From Snowella sp. (GTDB lineage Bacteria > Cyanobacteriota > Cyanobacteriia > Cyanobacteriales > Microcystaceae), in NCBI GenBank assembly GCA_035285545.1, contig JAYKGY010000030.1:1-29923 (forward strand): a DNA stretch of 29,923 bases. Reading direction: 5' to 3'. The notes beneath the pieces were generated by a model. That model saw nothing but the letters and a program-made list of their open reading frames with translations, ran no database searches and had not been told where the DNA came from. Position numbers and translations under genes: made by a program. Shown piece after piece: positions 8,042 through 20,186 of the stretch. Within the stretch, counting starts at the first letter, position 1. Every line of letters starts with the position of its first letter.

Positions 8042-8146
8042 ATTATTTTGAGTGATTGTAGAGTTCAGTTTGCTTAAACTTTTTAAACGACAATTTTGTA
8101 GTGATTAAATTTAGCACTCATTTTTGATCTTACCGTACAAATGTCT

Positions 8147-9310
8147 TTAAGAATGGAGGGCTAAAAAGGCGAGACTGGCTAAACCCGAAGCCGAAAAGAA
8201 AATGGTTTTATAGGGAAATTGACTAATATTTAAACTCAATAACGCGAGAAAATAAATATCAATAAAAACCCGTGAATAATCGAGATAGTAATTCAAAATA
8301 TACAAACTCGTCATTACAAACATTCCAAAATACATCAAGCCTGAAACAAGTAATAAAGAGGTCTGCGATCGATTACGGTAGGATAACCCAAGAGTTAGCA
8401 CAAAGGCTAAAATTAGTAGAATGAATAAATAAGCTTCAAACAATTTATTACCGCTTAGTCCCCCTGTTATTAAACCTATGATTTTTTGAATAATCCCCCA
8501 AAAAGGAAATCCAAAATTTCCTGTTCCTGGGCTTCCTAATAAATTGAGAGATAAAACATAAAAATTCCAAATAAGCGGGGGAACAATAGCAAGGACTAAA
8601 AACCTTAAATAATCATACTTTTTCCTAAAAATAACAGTAAACACTAAAGCCAGCCACAGTAATAACATGGTCTCTCGCGTTAAACAGGCTAACGAAACCA
8701 TTAAGCTTGTATAAATCGGCTTATTTTGCGTATAAAAATAGAAAGCCGCAACGAAAAACAATCCTGTCACTAAATCCGAGGTAGATAGGGATAAAACAAT
8801 CCAAATTCCAGGGATACAGAGGGTAAATAAAGCTTGATTGATATTAAAATCTTGAGATTTAAAATATAAGGTTGCCAACCAAACGATGAGAATAATCGCG
8901 ATCGCGTTAATCGCCACCATCACATAGGGAATTAATATAGGATTGCCGAAACCGAGGAGATAACTCAGTAAGGGATAAAGAATACGCCGATAACGGTAAG
9001 CAGGATGATCCAAAGATTCGAGGGTATCTAAATCCCTGAAAAAAGGATCAAGGGCTAAACTCAAAAATTGTTGCCCATCGTAGCCTAATTCATCTTTAAA
9101 AATGAAGGTTTGATCAGGGGTCAAAAAAGGAGAAAGGGGCAAAACTGAACCAATACGAAAGAAACCTGTAATGTTTCCTGAAAATTTAAACAAGTAAAGA
9201 TAAACAATCACGCTAATAACAATGAATGCACTGATTAAAACATTCTTAATTTCAGGTGCTTGCAATATTTTTCTTAAATCTTGATTTTTAAATTGATTAA
9301 AATTCGGCAT
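8147..9310 (-). CDS. Polytopic membrane protein, GT-C-like (AZOBR_p60025-type cell-surface glycopolymer formation protein)
   Basis: GYDGQQF-x-x-LALDP, AYRYRRILYPLL and LTRET motifs, with many transmembrane segments. Confidence 0.7.
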   Translation of the reverse strand: MPNFNQFKNQDLRKILQAPEIKNVLISAFIVISVIVYLYLFKFSGNITGFFRIGSVLPLSPFLTPDQTFIFKDELGYDGQQFLSLALDPFFRDLDTLESLDHPAYRYRRILYPLLSYLLGFGNPILIPYVMVAINAIAIILIVWLATLYFKSQDFNINQALFTLCIPGIWIVLSLSTSDLVTGLFFVAAFYFYTQNKPIYTSLMVSLACLTRETMLLLWLALVFTVIFRKKYDYLRFLVLAIVPPLIWNFYVLSLNLLGSPGTGNFGFPFWGIIQKIIGLITGGLSGNKLFEAYLFILLILAFVLTLGLSYRNRSQTSLLLVSGLMYFGMFVMTSLYILNYYLDYSRVFIDIYFLALLSLNISQFPYKTIFFSASGLASLAFLALHS

Positions 9311-9316
9311 ATTAAT

Positions 9317-10291
9317 TTAATTTGATTTTTGGGCAATTACTAACCATTCTCCTTGAGCTTCAACAAAATAATTTTTGGGAAAGGTACTGGTACGACTCCG
9401 ATTGGGAGCGATGATTAATTGAACCACTTCTTCAATTTGCTCATAATTGGGACTGGTTTCTAAATTGTGTTTTAAAAATTGACGAATAATGCGCCGTTGG
9501 AGAGCCAAAGGAAGGATTCTTAATTTAACGCGGTTTAATTGGTTTGCTTCTGGATTAACAATTTCCCATAATATGTTCTCACTCAGGGTTTCTAGATAGT
9601 GGACATCTGCTTGCAATAATTCTGCGGTTTGCGCGATCGCCGTTTCTACTTGGGGATTAAATTCCGTTTTTAAGTAGGGTAATAATTGCTGACGGATGCG
9701 ATTGCGGGCATAGTGGAGTTTGTCATTAAAGGCATCTTCCCAGATTGGGAGTTGAAATTGCTGGCAAAAATCCCCTGTTTCTGACCGAGAAATGTTTAAC
9801 AAAGGCCGTATTAATTGGATATCACAAGTTAAAGCCCGTTGCCAGGTCAAGGCTTGCAATCCATCACTCCCAGCCCCCCGAATCAGATTATACAAAAAAG
9901 TTTCCGCGCGATCGCTTTGGGTATGCCCTGTGACGACAATTGAAAACCCCTGTTCGGTAGCAATTTCAATCAAACGCTGATAACGCCATTCTCGTGCTGC
10001 GGCTTCCGTTTCCTTAAGTTGGTGGGCAATTTTCAGATAAAACGGTAATTGCCAGTTACGGGCTAAATCCCTGACATGATCGGCAATGCCGACATCCGTT
10101 GACCAGCCGTGATCACAGTGGGCGATCGCCAATTGCCAATGCCATTTGGGTTGTAAATCTAGCAATAATTGGGTTAAACAAACCGAATCTTGCCCCCCAG
10201 ACACCGCAATTAAAATTTTTGCTCCCTGGGGTAACAGCGATCGCTGCTTGAGCGTTTTATGAAGTTTGCTATGTAAGTCTGTCCATACCAT
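9317..10291 (-). CDS. tilS: tRNA(Ile)-lysidine synthetase
   Basis: PP-loop AVSGGQDS, EAAAREWRY, TGHTQSDRAET, IRPLL and RNRIR motifs. Confidence 0.97.
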   Translation of the reverse strand: MVWTDLHSKLHKTLKQRSLLPQGAKILIAVSGGQDSVCLTQLLLDLQPKWHWQLAIAHCDHGWSTDVGIADHVRDLARNWQLPFYLKIAHQLKETEAAAREWRYQRLIEIATEQGFSIVVTGHTQSDRAETFLYNLIRGAGSDGLQALTWQRALTCDIQLIRPLLNISRSETGDFCQQFQLPIWEDAFNDKLHYARNRIRQQLLPYLKTEFNPQVETAIAQTAELLQADVHYLETLSENILWEIVNPEANQLNRVKLRILPLALQRRIIRQFLKHNLETSPNYEQIEEVVQLIIAPNRSRTSTFPKNYFVEAQGEWLVIAQKSN

Positions 10292-10414
10292 ATTAAATTC
10301 AGTAATCTTCCTTAAGAAAGAGCTTAGGAGTGTAATTTAGACAACTAGCCCCACAAAATCTTCACTGACACCTGCTAGGATAAAAAATGATAACCATTAC
10401 TAAAAAATTAACCG

Positions 10415-10930
10415 ATGAGCGATCTAATTGTCATTGCTTACGACGATGAGTTTAAGGCAGAGGAAGTGCGTCTGACCTTAGCCAAATTACAAGTTGAGCA
10501 TTTAATTGAACTCGAAGATGCTGCCGTTGTTGTCAAAAATGAAAACGGAAAAATCAAACTAAAACAAGCCATTAACCTCACGGGTGCAGGAGCCGCTAGT
10601 GGTGGTTTTTGGGGATTATTAATCGGTATCCTCTTTTTCGCGCCTTTATTTGGGGCTGCTGTCGGTGCGGCTAGTGGAGCCTTAGCGGGTGCTCTCAGTG
10701 ACGTGGGAGTTAATGATGATTTTATGCGGGAGTTAGGAGAAAGCTTACCTCCAAAATCTTCTGCTCTCTTTGTTTTAGTTCGTAAGGTAACCCCTGATAA
10801 AGTATTGGAAGAAGTCGGCAAATTTGGTGGTAAAGTTTTGCGTACTTCTCTCACCAAAGATGAAGAAACCCAATTACAAGAAGTTTTAAATAATCGTGGC
10901 TTAACCCCTACAATGACAACTGCCGAGTAG
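10415..10930 (+). CDS. DUF1269 family membrane protein
   Basis: LEDAAVV, Gly/Ala-rich GAASGGFWGLLIG...GAAVGAASGAL, D-x-GVNDDF and GGKVLRTSL. Confidence 0.85.
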   Translation: MSDLIVIAYDDEFKAEEVRLTLAKLQVEHLIELEDAAVVVKNENGKIKLKQAINLTGAGAASGGFWGLLIGILFFAPLFGAAVGAASGALAGALSDVGVNDDFMRELGESLPPKSSALFVLVRKVTPDKVLEEVGKFGGKVLRTSLTKDEETQLQEVLNNRGLTPTMTTAE

Positions 10931-10970
10931 TTTATTTAAACGTTTAAAATTGAGCCTTTTTTTGAATTTT

Positions 10971-10996
10971 CCTCCTAACCCAATTAGGGGGTTTTT
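10971..10996 (+). terminator. Rho-independent terminator between convergent DUF1269 and ampG genes
   Basis: Stem CCTCCTAA / TTAGGGGG (one G-U pair) with a 5-nt loop, followed by a T run. Confidence 0.75.
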
Positions 10997-11018
10997 ATTT
11001 TTCCCGATTCGTGCTGAA

Positions 11019-12302
11019 TTACTTTAAATCTTCGTCTTCTAATCCAGGTCTGGGCATGGCAAGTTTCGCCCTATCATTTCCATTCCAAGGGGCAAAAATA
11101 GGTAATAAGGCCAAGCCAGGAAAAGAAATCAGAAAGCTGAGCAAGAAGAATAGTGGCCAACCTGTTTCTTTGGCGATGAGTCCCGCCGGAGCAATGAGGA
11201 TATTTTGACTAAAGGCGTACAAACTAGACAGGAGCGCATATTGGGTTGCAGAAAATTGCTTATTACAAAGACTCATAAAAAAGGCCAGAAAAGCCGCTGT
11301 ACCTAACCCTGCACAGAAATTTTCGATATTAATGGTGAGAATCATGAAGGGATAGCTCTTCCCCACATTGGCTAATGCTAAATAAGCTAAGTTACTCAGG
11401 GCTTGGAACCCACCAAAGATCCACAGAGAACGATTAATGCCCAGTTTGCTCAGGAAAACACCGCCTGCGAGCGTTCCCACAATGGTTGCAATCAGCCCCA
11501 TTCCGCCTTTAATCGCCCCAATATCGGTTTGGGTAAAGCCCGCTTGCAATAAAAAGGGAGTGGACATATTGTTGGCGATCGCGTCTCCTAATTTATAGAG
11601 AACGATAAACACCAGGATCATAATCCCCGTTAATAACCCTTTACGTTGAAAAAAATCAATAAAGGGATCGACAATGGCAGAACGCAGCGAATCTGGGGGA
11701 GGACTTTGGACTATCGGTTCAGGGGCAAAGTAGGAGGCAATAATCCCAATCAACATCAATAACGCGAGAAGTGCATAAACCTGGGGCCAGGGCATCCGAT
11801 CCGCCAAAATTAACGCCAAAGACCCTGTGGTTAAAAGAGCTAAGCGATAGCCCAACACAAAAACCGCAACCCCTGCCCCCATTTCGGGTTCTTCTAAAAC
11901 ATCCGTTCGATAGGCATCAGCCGCAATATCCTGGGTCGCACTAAAAATGGCAATAAACAGCGCGTTAATCGCTAATAGGGTCAGAGCTTTGTCCGGATCT
12001 TGTAGGGCCATTCCCGCGATCGCCAATACTAGCCCCACCTGGGTAATCACTAACCAGCCCCGTCTTCTGCCCAAAAACGGTGGAACAAAACGGTCTAACA
12101 GCGGAGACCAGATAAATTTAAAAGAATAGGGAATCCCCACCAGGCTAAATAGCCCAATTGCCGCCAAATCCACGTTATCTTTCGTCATCCAAGCTTGAAG
12201 CGTTTGGCTCGTTAAATAGAGGGGCAACCCCGACGCAAACCCTAAAAAAATCAGGGCGGACATCTTTCGACTTTGGAAAACCTTGAACAGATCGGCAAAC
12301 AT
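11019..12302 (-). CDS. ampG: AmpG-family muropeptide MFS permease
   Basis: LGFASGLP, KFIWSPLLDR, LGRRRGW, SATQDIAADAYR and FSATQYALLSSL motifs. Confidence 0.93.
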   Translation of the reverse strand: MFADLFKVFQSRKMSALIFLGFASGLPLYLTSQTLQAWMTKDNVDLAAIGLFSLVGIPYSFKFIWSPLLDRFVPPFLGRRRGWLVITQVGLVLAIAGMALQDPDKALTLLAINALFIAIFSATQDIAADAYRTDVLEEPEMGAGVAVFVLGYRLALLTTGSLALILADRMPWPQVYALLALLMLIGIIASYFAPEPIVQSPPPDSLRSAIVDPFIDFFQRKGLLTGIMILVFIVLYKLGDAIANNMSTPFLLQAGFTQTDIGAIKGGMGLIATIVGTLAGGVFLSKLGINRSLWIFGGFQALSNLAYLALANVGKSYPFMILTINIENFCAGLGTAAFLAFFMSLCNKQFSATQYALLSSLYAFSQNILIAPAGLIAKETGWPLFFLLSFLISFPGLALLPIFAPWNGNDRAKLAMPRPGLEDEDLK

Positions 12303-12509
12303 AGACTAATTTATCAGGTTTAATAAATGAGATTCCGCTATTTTATAGTGTTATGGCAATTATTTTTAAATTGTTCTCCAAAGTCTATTAAAATAAATTC
12401 ACCCTTTTGCTGAATCCAGCATTAATCCTACTTGTTCGATTTCATATCCTGATTTTTTTCAGCTTATAAAAAATCCCTAAATTCCAGATTTAAGTTTAAA
12501 AAATTGCTC

Positions 12510-14315
12510 ATGGTAAAATCCCGCGATCCCTTAACAAAGTCTCCTCTTTTTTATGCTCAATATCATTTAACTTCCCCTAAAACTGCGGCTTATTATCTTT
12601 CATTATTTTTACCCTTAGCTCTTTGGATTCTGATTGGGATTGTCCTTCGCTTTAATGAATTAACGAGCAAATCGCCTTGGACAGATGAATTTGCCACTCT
12701 CGTTTTTAGTTTAGGAAACCATTTTAATTTACTACCTCTCAATCAAATTATTTCCGCAGAAACGTTATTAAATCCGCTACAGCCTAACGTTAATGCCAGT
12801 GCTCATGATGTTGCCAATTTACTATTAAATGAAGATAACCATCCCCCCTTATATTTTGTTTTTTTTCATCTGTGGTTAAAACTATTTCCCTCTTCCGGTG
12901 ATTACATTAATCTGTGGGCGAGTCGGGCATTTCCCGCTTTATTTGGGGTATTGGCAATTCCTGTTGCCTATTTAGTCGGAAAAATCGTTTTTCGTTCTGT
13001 TGTGATTGCGAATTTAGCGGCTCTTGTAATGGCCGTTTCTCCCTACCATATTTTCCTATCCCAAGAAGCTCGTCACTACACCTGTGCAGTTTTAGTGGTC
13101 TGTTTCGCTTTGGGGTGTTTCTTAAAAGCGGCTCAAACTTTATCGCAAGGCAAAACGTTATCCAAAAAGTTAATTTTTACGTGGATTATGATTAATGCCA
13201 TTGGACTCTCGATTCATTTCTTTGTTGGTTTAGGGGTTTTAGCCACCTTTCTATCGTTAGGGGTTTTGTTTATTCATCAAGCCCAGACGGTTCAATTCAA
13301 TGGATTAAAACTGAAACATTGGAACTCTTTGTTAATTGTCCTGTTAGGAAGTTTCACAACGGTTTTAGTCTGGGTTTCAATTATTACTCAGCGGGAATTT
13401 GGGAATGGCATGACCCAATGGATTCAGCAGGATAATAGTAGTTTTATTGGTTTGGTTAGTCCTCCTTTTCAATTGATTGCGGCTTGGGTGACAATGTTAT
13501 GTCTTTTGCCCATTGAGTCTTCTTCTTTAGCGATCGCGCTCTTTTCGGGAGTAATCATGCTGGTCTATTTAATTTGGTTTATTCCGATTATTAAACAGGG
13601 TCTAACAAATAGTTGGAATCGGGGCAGATATCAGCTAGAAACCAAAATGCTCATTTTATCTTTTATTAGCTTAATAATTTTATTTTTAGGCGTAACTTAT
13701 TTAGGCGGAAAAGACATTACTCGTGGGGCGAGATATAGCTTTGTGTATTTACCAACAGTTACTTTTTTATTAGCCATTGTCTTAGCAAATTATTGGCATC
13801 ATAAATCTACAAAATTTAAGTTAAATATTAATACTCAAAACTTTATCTATTTTGTTAAAAATAACGGTAAAACAATTGCTTTTTTAGTGGGTCTCATGGG
13901 AATTTTAAGCGGCTTAAGTATCACCCACAATTTAGGCTATCGCAAATATTATGATCCTACCCAATTTTTAAAGGTTGTCCAATCCCATTCAACTGTTCCC
14001 GCATTGATTGCGACCACTCACCAAAGCTTGGTACAAACTGGAGAAATGATGGGTCTAGCCTGGGCTTTAAAACATCATTCGGCGATCGCGCCTAATCCGA
14101 CTTTTTTATTAATCCATCAAACTGAAGAAAATTCCCCTGAAACAACGCAAAAACTCAAAGAAATTTTAGAAAAAGAAACGAAGCCGTTAGATGTTTGGGC
14201 CGTTAATTTCCATGCTCCCGTTAATTTACCCCAGTGTGTTGTAGATAACCAAGCATTTCCTGCGATCAATGGCTATGGCTATCAGCACTATCACTGTGAT
14301 TCTACTGTCCAATAG
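12510..14315 (+). CDS. Glycosyltransferase family 39 / PMT-like (GT-C) membrane protein
   Basis: W-x-DE, HPPLYF and SQEARHY motifs with multiple TM helices. Start codon uncertain (TTG 12504 or ATG 12510). Confidence 0.85.
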   Translation: MVKSRDPLTKSPLFYAQYHLTSPKTAAYYLSLFLPLALWILIGIVLRFNELTSKSPWTDEFATLVFSLGNHFNLLPLNQIISAETLLNPLQPNVNASAHDVANLLLNEDNHPPLYFVFFHLWLKLFPSSGDYINLWASRAFPALFGVLAIPVAYLVGKIVFRSVVIANLAALVMAVSPYHIFLSQEARHYTCAVLVVCFALGCFLKAAQTLSQGKTLSKKLIFTWIMINAIGLSIHFFVGLGVLATFLSLGVLFIHQAQTVQFNGLKLKHWNSLLIVLLGSFTTVLVWVSIITQREFGNGMTQWIQQDNSSFIGLVSPPFQLIAAWVTMLCLLPIESSSLAIALFSGVIMLVYLIWFIPIIKQGLTNSWNRGRYQLETKMLILSFISLIILFLGVTYLGGKDITRGARYSFVYLPTVTFLLAIVLANYWHHKSTKFKLNINTQNFIYFVKNNGKTIAFLVGLMGILSGLSITHNLGYRKYYDPTQFLKVVQSHSTVPALIATTHQSLVQTGEMMGLAWALKHHSAIAPNPTFLLIHQTEENSPETTQKLKEILEKETKPLDVWAVNFHAPVNLPQCVVDNQAFPAINGYGYQHYHCDSTVQ

Positions 14316-14320
14316 AAAAA

Positions 14321-15702
14321 TTAATGGGGTTGATCGGGAGGGGGGGAAGTTGATAATAACTGGCTCCGTTTTTCACAGGTTCTTTTCAGTAAAACACTAT
14401 AAATCGGTTCTCCACCTAACAAATGGGCTATCATTGTCGCCGTTAAACAGGTAATCAATAAGGGCAAAATGACAAAATAGTTATCGGTCATTTCAATGGT
14501 TAATAAAATCGCGGTTAAGGGGGCCCGAACGGTTGCTGCCACTAACGCTCCCATTCCTGCGATCGCCATTACGGAAGGCTCTGGTAATTGTTGAGGAAAA
14601 AAGGCGTGAATTTCTCTGGCGAATCCTAAACTCGCCACTGTCGCGATCGCCAACATCGGTTGAAAAACGCCACCAATGACCCCTGAACCATAACAAAAAA
14701 TGGTTAATCCCAAACGGGCAATAAACACCAGTATTAATAAATAACTCGGTGCTTCACTATTAAAAGCCCAGATAATGGCGTTTTCTCCCGTTCCCGTAAT
14801 CGGAAGAGGAACTAAGGCTAAAAACCCCATAATAAGCCCTACCCATACCCCGATAAAACGAGAGGTTGCTCCTCGTCGGTTACTAAACCAATCTAAGGCA
14901 CGCAGAAGATAATGATTGAATAAATAGCCGAGTACCCCAAAGAAAACGCCTAATAAAACAAAAATCCAGAGAGATTCTAGGGGAACACGAGAAAATTTCG
15001 TTAAACTGACAACTGCTCCCTGCCCGCGTAATGCTCTTTCGACAATGGTGGCGATCGCGCTAGCAATCATCGTTGAACGATAGGCTAGGGGCCAATCGGC
15101 AAAGCCAGGATGCATCTCTTCAAACACAAAAATGATTCCGGCTAAGGGAGCATTAAATGCCGTCGTTAATCCGGCTCCGGCCCCAGAAGCGACCAACATA
15201 CGAACCTGTTCTGGGTTCGCTTTAAACCAATTCCCGATCATTTGCCCAATGCTTCCCCCAATTTGGATAGTCGGCCCCTCAAAACCATTTACCATCCCAC
15301 CGCCCAGGGAGAGAATACCACCTAAGAATTTGATGGGTAATACCCGTTTCCAATTTAAGGGCAATAATCCGTCGATATAACCTTCAATTTGAGGAATTCC
15401 GCCGCCACTTGTTTCCGGTGCAAACTTTCGCATTAACCAAAAACTTCCCGCTACCATAACTGCGGCTAGCCCACTAGGAATTGTCCAGTAAAGCCAAGGA
15501 TAGGGCGTAAGGGATTGGGCCAACAGTTCCCGTTGATGGAGGAGCGTATTAATGGATAATTCAAAAATCCCCCCCATCAATCCCGCCAGGATTCCCACCC
15601 AGACAGACCACAAAAGCACCGGAACATTGAGCTTTTCGGCTGCTCGATAAAATCGTTGTGAAACGTTGGGTCTTTCTTGCGGCCCATGGGGTTGATTCAA
15701 CA

Positions 15703-15703
<1 letters not shown>
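14321..15703 (-). CDS. clcA: CLC-family H+/anion antiporter (no CBS domains)
   Basis: GGGIP, GFEGP (gating Glu), AFNAPLAG, FEEM (proton Glu), GGVFQP and PIY motifs. ATG overlaps the fabG stop (TAATG). Confidence 0.92.
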
Positions 15704-16455
<752 letters not shown>

Positions 16456-16665
16456 TCAAATAGTGATAACTTAACCATTTTAAAGCTCTTCTGGTGTCTT
16501 ATTGCGTCGATTTCTTCCCTACTGGCAAAAGGGTCTGATCGCCCAAGCAGAATGAACCCAATAAGCTCCTAGAACCAAATCCAACTCCTTCAGGAGAATC
16601 AACTTATGGGAGGAGGAAAAGGGAGCAGACTTGGCATTTAATGAAGAAAAAATCATAATACTGCC

Positions 16666-17172
16666 ATGCAACAAAAACAAAATCATTTCCCCTTATTTGT
16701 CGCAGGTTCGATCCTCATTGGCATGGGATTTGCCGCCCTATTCGATGGAATTATTTTACATAAAATTTTACAATGGCATCATTTGCTTTCTAGTGCCTAT
16801 CCGCTTGTTAATCCTGAAAATATAGCCTTAAATCTGTTATGGGATCAGGCTTTTTTGGCGGCGGGATATGTTATTTTTGTGACAGGATTAATTATTTTAT
16901 TTTGGTCAGTCTGGCAGGGAAATTTGATTAACTTAAGCCCAACATTTTTTGGATGCTTACTGATTGGGTTTGGTAAGTTTAACCTCGTTGAAGGGGTGGT
17001 TAATCACTATATTTTAGGCATTCATCATGTTAAATCTGGACAACACCAAGCTGCTTGGGATTTGGGATTTTTGCTCATTAATGCGATCTTAGCATCCTGG
17101 GGATGGTTATTATTTAATGCTGAAATTCAAGCCAGTCAAATTCACGATGAGCCGTTAACGGTTGAGCATTAG
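16666..17172 (+). CDS. DUF2243 family membrane protein
   Basis: DGIILHKILQWHH and FNLVEGVVNHYILGIHHV motifs, about 4 TM helices. Confidence 0.85.
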   Translation: MQQKQNHFPLFVAGSILIGMGFAALFDGIILHKILQWHHLLSSAYPLVNPENIALNLLWDQAFLAAGYVIFVTGLIILFWSVWQGNLINLSPTFFGCLLIGFGKFNLVEGVVNHYILGIHHVKSGQHQAAWDLGFLLINAILASWGWLLFNAEIQASQIHDEPLTVEH

Positions 17173-17360
17173 GTTCTTTATAATGCATATTTATTTTTCA
17201 TTGTTAACAATAGCCCAATAACGTAGAATTTCCCTTTTGCCGTCTTCGGTTGCATGACTGAATTAAGGTGAATCGTAACATTTTTGTAATTTTAAGTTGA
17301 ATTGAGAGGAATCGCTGAGCTATGAATAGAAGTATAGGGTATTGATTGGGAGTAAGGATA

Positions 17361-20126
17361 ATGACAGCGAAAGCCAGCGATCAGATAGGGGAAAATCAAT
17401 GGCATCATCTCCCCATTCAGTTGGTTTGTGAACAATTCAATAGCAGGATTGAAAAGGGGTTAACTTCGGCGGAAGTTGCTCAAAATCAGGAACGGTTTGG
17501 CTCCAATCAATTGCAAGCGAAGCCCCCCAAAAGCCCTATTATTCGTTTTTTATTTCAATTTAACCAACCACTGCTCTATATTCTCTTGATTGCAGGGATG
17601 ATTAAAGCATTTCTCGGTTCTTGGGCGAATGCTTGGGTGATCTGGGGGGTGACGCTCATTAATGCCATTATTGGTTTTGTGCAGGAGTCTAAGGCCGAAA
17701 GCGCGATCGCGGCCCTAGCTAAGGCTGTCTCTACCGATACAATCGCTATTCGCAATGGAGAAAAAATTCAAATTCCTTCTCAAGAATTAGTCCCAGGGGA
17801 TGTGGTCTTATTAGCCTCTGGGGATAAGGTTCCTGCGGATTTGCGCCTCATCGAAGCCCGCAGTTTCCAGGTGAATGAATCGGCCTTAACGGGGGAATCC
17901 GTAGCTGTAGAAAAAAACACAGAAATCGTTAGCCCTGATGCTCCCTTAGCAGAACGCACGAATATGGCCTATGCGGGAAGCTTTGTTACCTTCGGTACGG
18001 CTAAAGGAATGGTTGTGGCTATCGGTAGCGCGACGGAAACTGGCCGGATTTCTCAATTAATGGAGGAGGGGGCGGCCCTAAAAACCCCCTTAACCCGCAA
18101 GTTTGATAAGTTTAGCCAGACTTTGGTTTATATTATTCTTGCGATCGCGGCTTTTACTTTCGTTGTTGGGTTAGGGTATGGGAACAGTTGGCCCTATATG
18201 TTTGAAGCGGCGGTGGCCTTAACCGTTAGTGCGATTCCTGAAGGCTTACCTGCGGTGGTGACGATTACCCTCGCGATCGGAGTCTCACGGATGGCCCGTC
18301 GCCATGCCATTGTGCGGAAATTACCGGCGGTGGAAACTTTGGGTAGTGCAACCGTGATTTGTTCCGATAAAACAGGAACCCTAACCGAAAATCAAATGAC
18401 CGTCCAAGTTCTCTATACAGGACAACAGCATTACACCATTAGTGGTGTTGGATACGCCCCTGAAGGAGAAATTTGTTTAAAAGATGCAAATTGGGAAAGT
18501 TTAGAAAATTTATTTAACAATATTGCCCTAAAAGAATGCTTAATTGCTGGCTTACTCTGCAATGACTCCCATTTAGAATGTAAGGATCGGCAATGGACAG
18601 TAATTGGCGATCCCACCGAAGGGGCTTTGATTACGGCGGCCAATAAAGCAGGGTTTAGCAATCCCGAACTGAGTGAACAAATGCCGCGAATAGATGTCAT
18701 CCCCTTTGAGTCAGAATTTCAATATATGGCGACATTGCATAAAACCGTCTCGGATAGCGGGAAGTCAACCGAAGGAACAGACAGCAAAACTATCTATGTG
18801 AAGGGATCGATTGAGGCGATTTTACAACGCTGTCATCAGGGGCTTCAGGCAGACGGGGAGTTACAATCTCTCGATTCGGAACAGGTTCATCAACAGGCGA
18901 ATGAAATGGCGAGTGAAGGCTTACGGGTGTTGGCCTTTGCCCAAAAAACGGCTCCTGCCTGCCAGGAAGCTTTAGACCACGAGGATATTGAACAGGGCTT
19001 AATTTTTCTGGGATTGCAAGGAATGATCGATCCCCCTCGTCCTGAAGCGATTCGTGCTGTCCAAGCCTGTCAGTCGGCAGGAATTCAGGTCAAGATGATT
19101 ACAGGGGATCATGCGGTTACAGCAAAAGCGATCGCGCAACGAATGGGCTTAGTGAAAGGGGGACAAGTTCTTGCCTTTACAGGGAAACAACTGAGTGAAA
19201 TGAATCAACCAGAGTTAATCACAGCCGTTGAAGCGGGATCGGTCTTTGCCCGTGTTGCCCCTGAACAAAAATTGCGCCTTGTCGAAGCCTTGCAATCAAA
19301 AGGAGAAGTAGTGGCCATGACGGGGGACGGGGTGAATGATGCCCCTGCCTTGAAACAGGCGGATATTGGCATTGCGATGGGGAAAACAGGAACGGAAGTG
19401 GCTAAAGAAGCGGCAGATATGATTTTGACCGACGATAACTTTGCGTCTATTAAAGCAGCGGTAGAAGAAGGCCGAACTGTGTTTCGGAATTTGATGAAAG
19501 CGATCGCTTTTATTCTGCCAGTGAATGGGGGAGAATCCATGACCATTTTACTCAGCGTATTACTCGCCAAAGAGTTACCGATCCTATCGTTACAAGTGTT
19601 GTGGCTCAATATGGTCAATTCCATCACGATGACCGTCCCACTTTCCTTTGAACCGCAATCCGAAGGAATCATGCAACGCCCACCCCGCAATCCCCATCAA
19701 CCCTTACTCTCAGGAACTTTGTTAAAGCGGATTCTTCTCATTTCTGGGTTTAATTGGATGCTCATTTTTGGCGTTTTTGAATGGAGCAAAAATACAACGG
19801 GAGATTTAGCGATCGCCCGCACCATGGCTATCCAAGCCTTAGTCGCTGCCCGCATTTTTTACTTACTGAGTATTAGCGAAATGGGTCAATTATCCCTGAG
19901 TCTCAATCCGTTTAAACATATCAAACTGAACGAATCTCGCGCGATCGCGATCGGCATTATCGGCACGATTTTTTTACAACTTATTTTTAGTCAATGGAAT
20001 TGGATGAATCAGCTATTTTATACAGCCCCGTTAAATGCGAACCAATGGTCACTGTGCTTACTCATTAGCTTACTCATGATTCCTGTATCATTATTAGCGA
20101 ATCGTCTGGATCCAGCCAGTATTTGA
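17361..20126 (+). CDS. P-type (P2A-like) cation-transporting ATPase, Pma1/PacL-like
   Basis: LTGES, PEGLP, CSDKTGT, GDPTE, MITGD and TGDGVNDAP motifs. ATG at 17361 preferred over TTG at 17346. Confidence 0.95.
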   Translation: MTAKASDQIGENQWHHLPIQLVCEQFNSRIEKGLTSAEVAQNQERFGSNQLQAKPPKSPIIRFLFQFNQPLLYILLIAGMIKAFLGSWANAWVIWGVTLINAIIGFVQESKAESAIAALAKAVSTDTIAIRNGEKIQIPSQELVPGDVVLLASGDKVPADLRLIEARSFQVNESALTGESVAVEKNTEIVSPDAPLAERTNMAYAGSFVTFGTAKGMVVAIGSATETGRISQLMEEGAALKTPLTRKFDKFSQTLVYIILAIAAFTFVVGLGYGNSWPYMFEAAVALTVSAIPEGLPAVVTITLAIGVSRMARRHAIVRKLPAVETLGSATVICSDKTGTLTENQMTVQVLYTGQQHYTISGVGYAPEGEICLKDANWESLENLFNNIALKECLIAGLLCNDSHLECKDRQWTVIGDPTEGALITAANKAGFSNPELSEQMPRIDVIPFESEFQYMATLHKTVSDSGKSTEGTDSKTIYVKGSIEAILQRCHQGLQADGELQSLDSEQVHQQANEMASEGLRVLAFAQKTAPACQEALDHEDIEQGLIFLGLQGMIDPPRPEAIRAVQACQSAGIQVKMITGDHAVTAKAIAQRMGLVKGGQVLAFTGKQLSEMNQPELITAVEAGSVFARVAPEQKLRLVEALQSKGEVVAMTGDGVNDAPALKQADIGIAMGKTGTEVAKEAADMILTDDNFASIKAAVEEGRTVFRNLMKAIAFILPVNGGESMTILLSVLLAKELPILSLQVLWLNMVNSITMTVPLSFEPQSEGIMQRPPRNPHQPLLSGTLLKRILLISGFNWMLIFGVFEWSKNTTGDLAIARTMAIQALVAARIFYLLSISEMGQLSLSLNPFKHIKLNESRAIAIGIIGTIFLQLIFSQWNWMNQLFYTAPLNANQWSLCLLISLLMIPVSLLANRLDPASI

Positions 20127-20186
20127 TAATCAGGCTTAATCACTTAATTGCTGTGTTCAGGGGAAAGAAGGCTCTAGGTATAAACC

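Noticed and set aside
10438..10857. 139-aa antisense ORF, and similar shadow ORFs over clcA, fabG, the ATPase, gdhA and pnp
   Set aside because: They lie antisense or out of frame within well-supported genes, as expected from codon bias.
16490..16545. Possible fluoride riboswitch upstream of the fabG-clcA unit (GGCGAT...GACACC on the minus strand)
   Set aside because: The GGUGU/GGAGU segment needed for the pseudoknot and the P1 pairing are missing. The CLC also lacks the GNNLI/GMGLI signature of fluoride exporters.
17268..17290. HLR1-, NtcA- or CRP-like half sites upstream of the P-type ATPase
   Set aside because: Spacing fits none of the consensus motifs.
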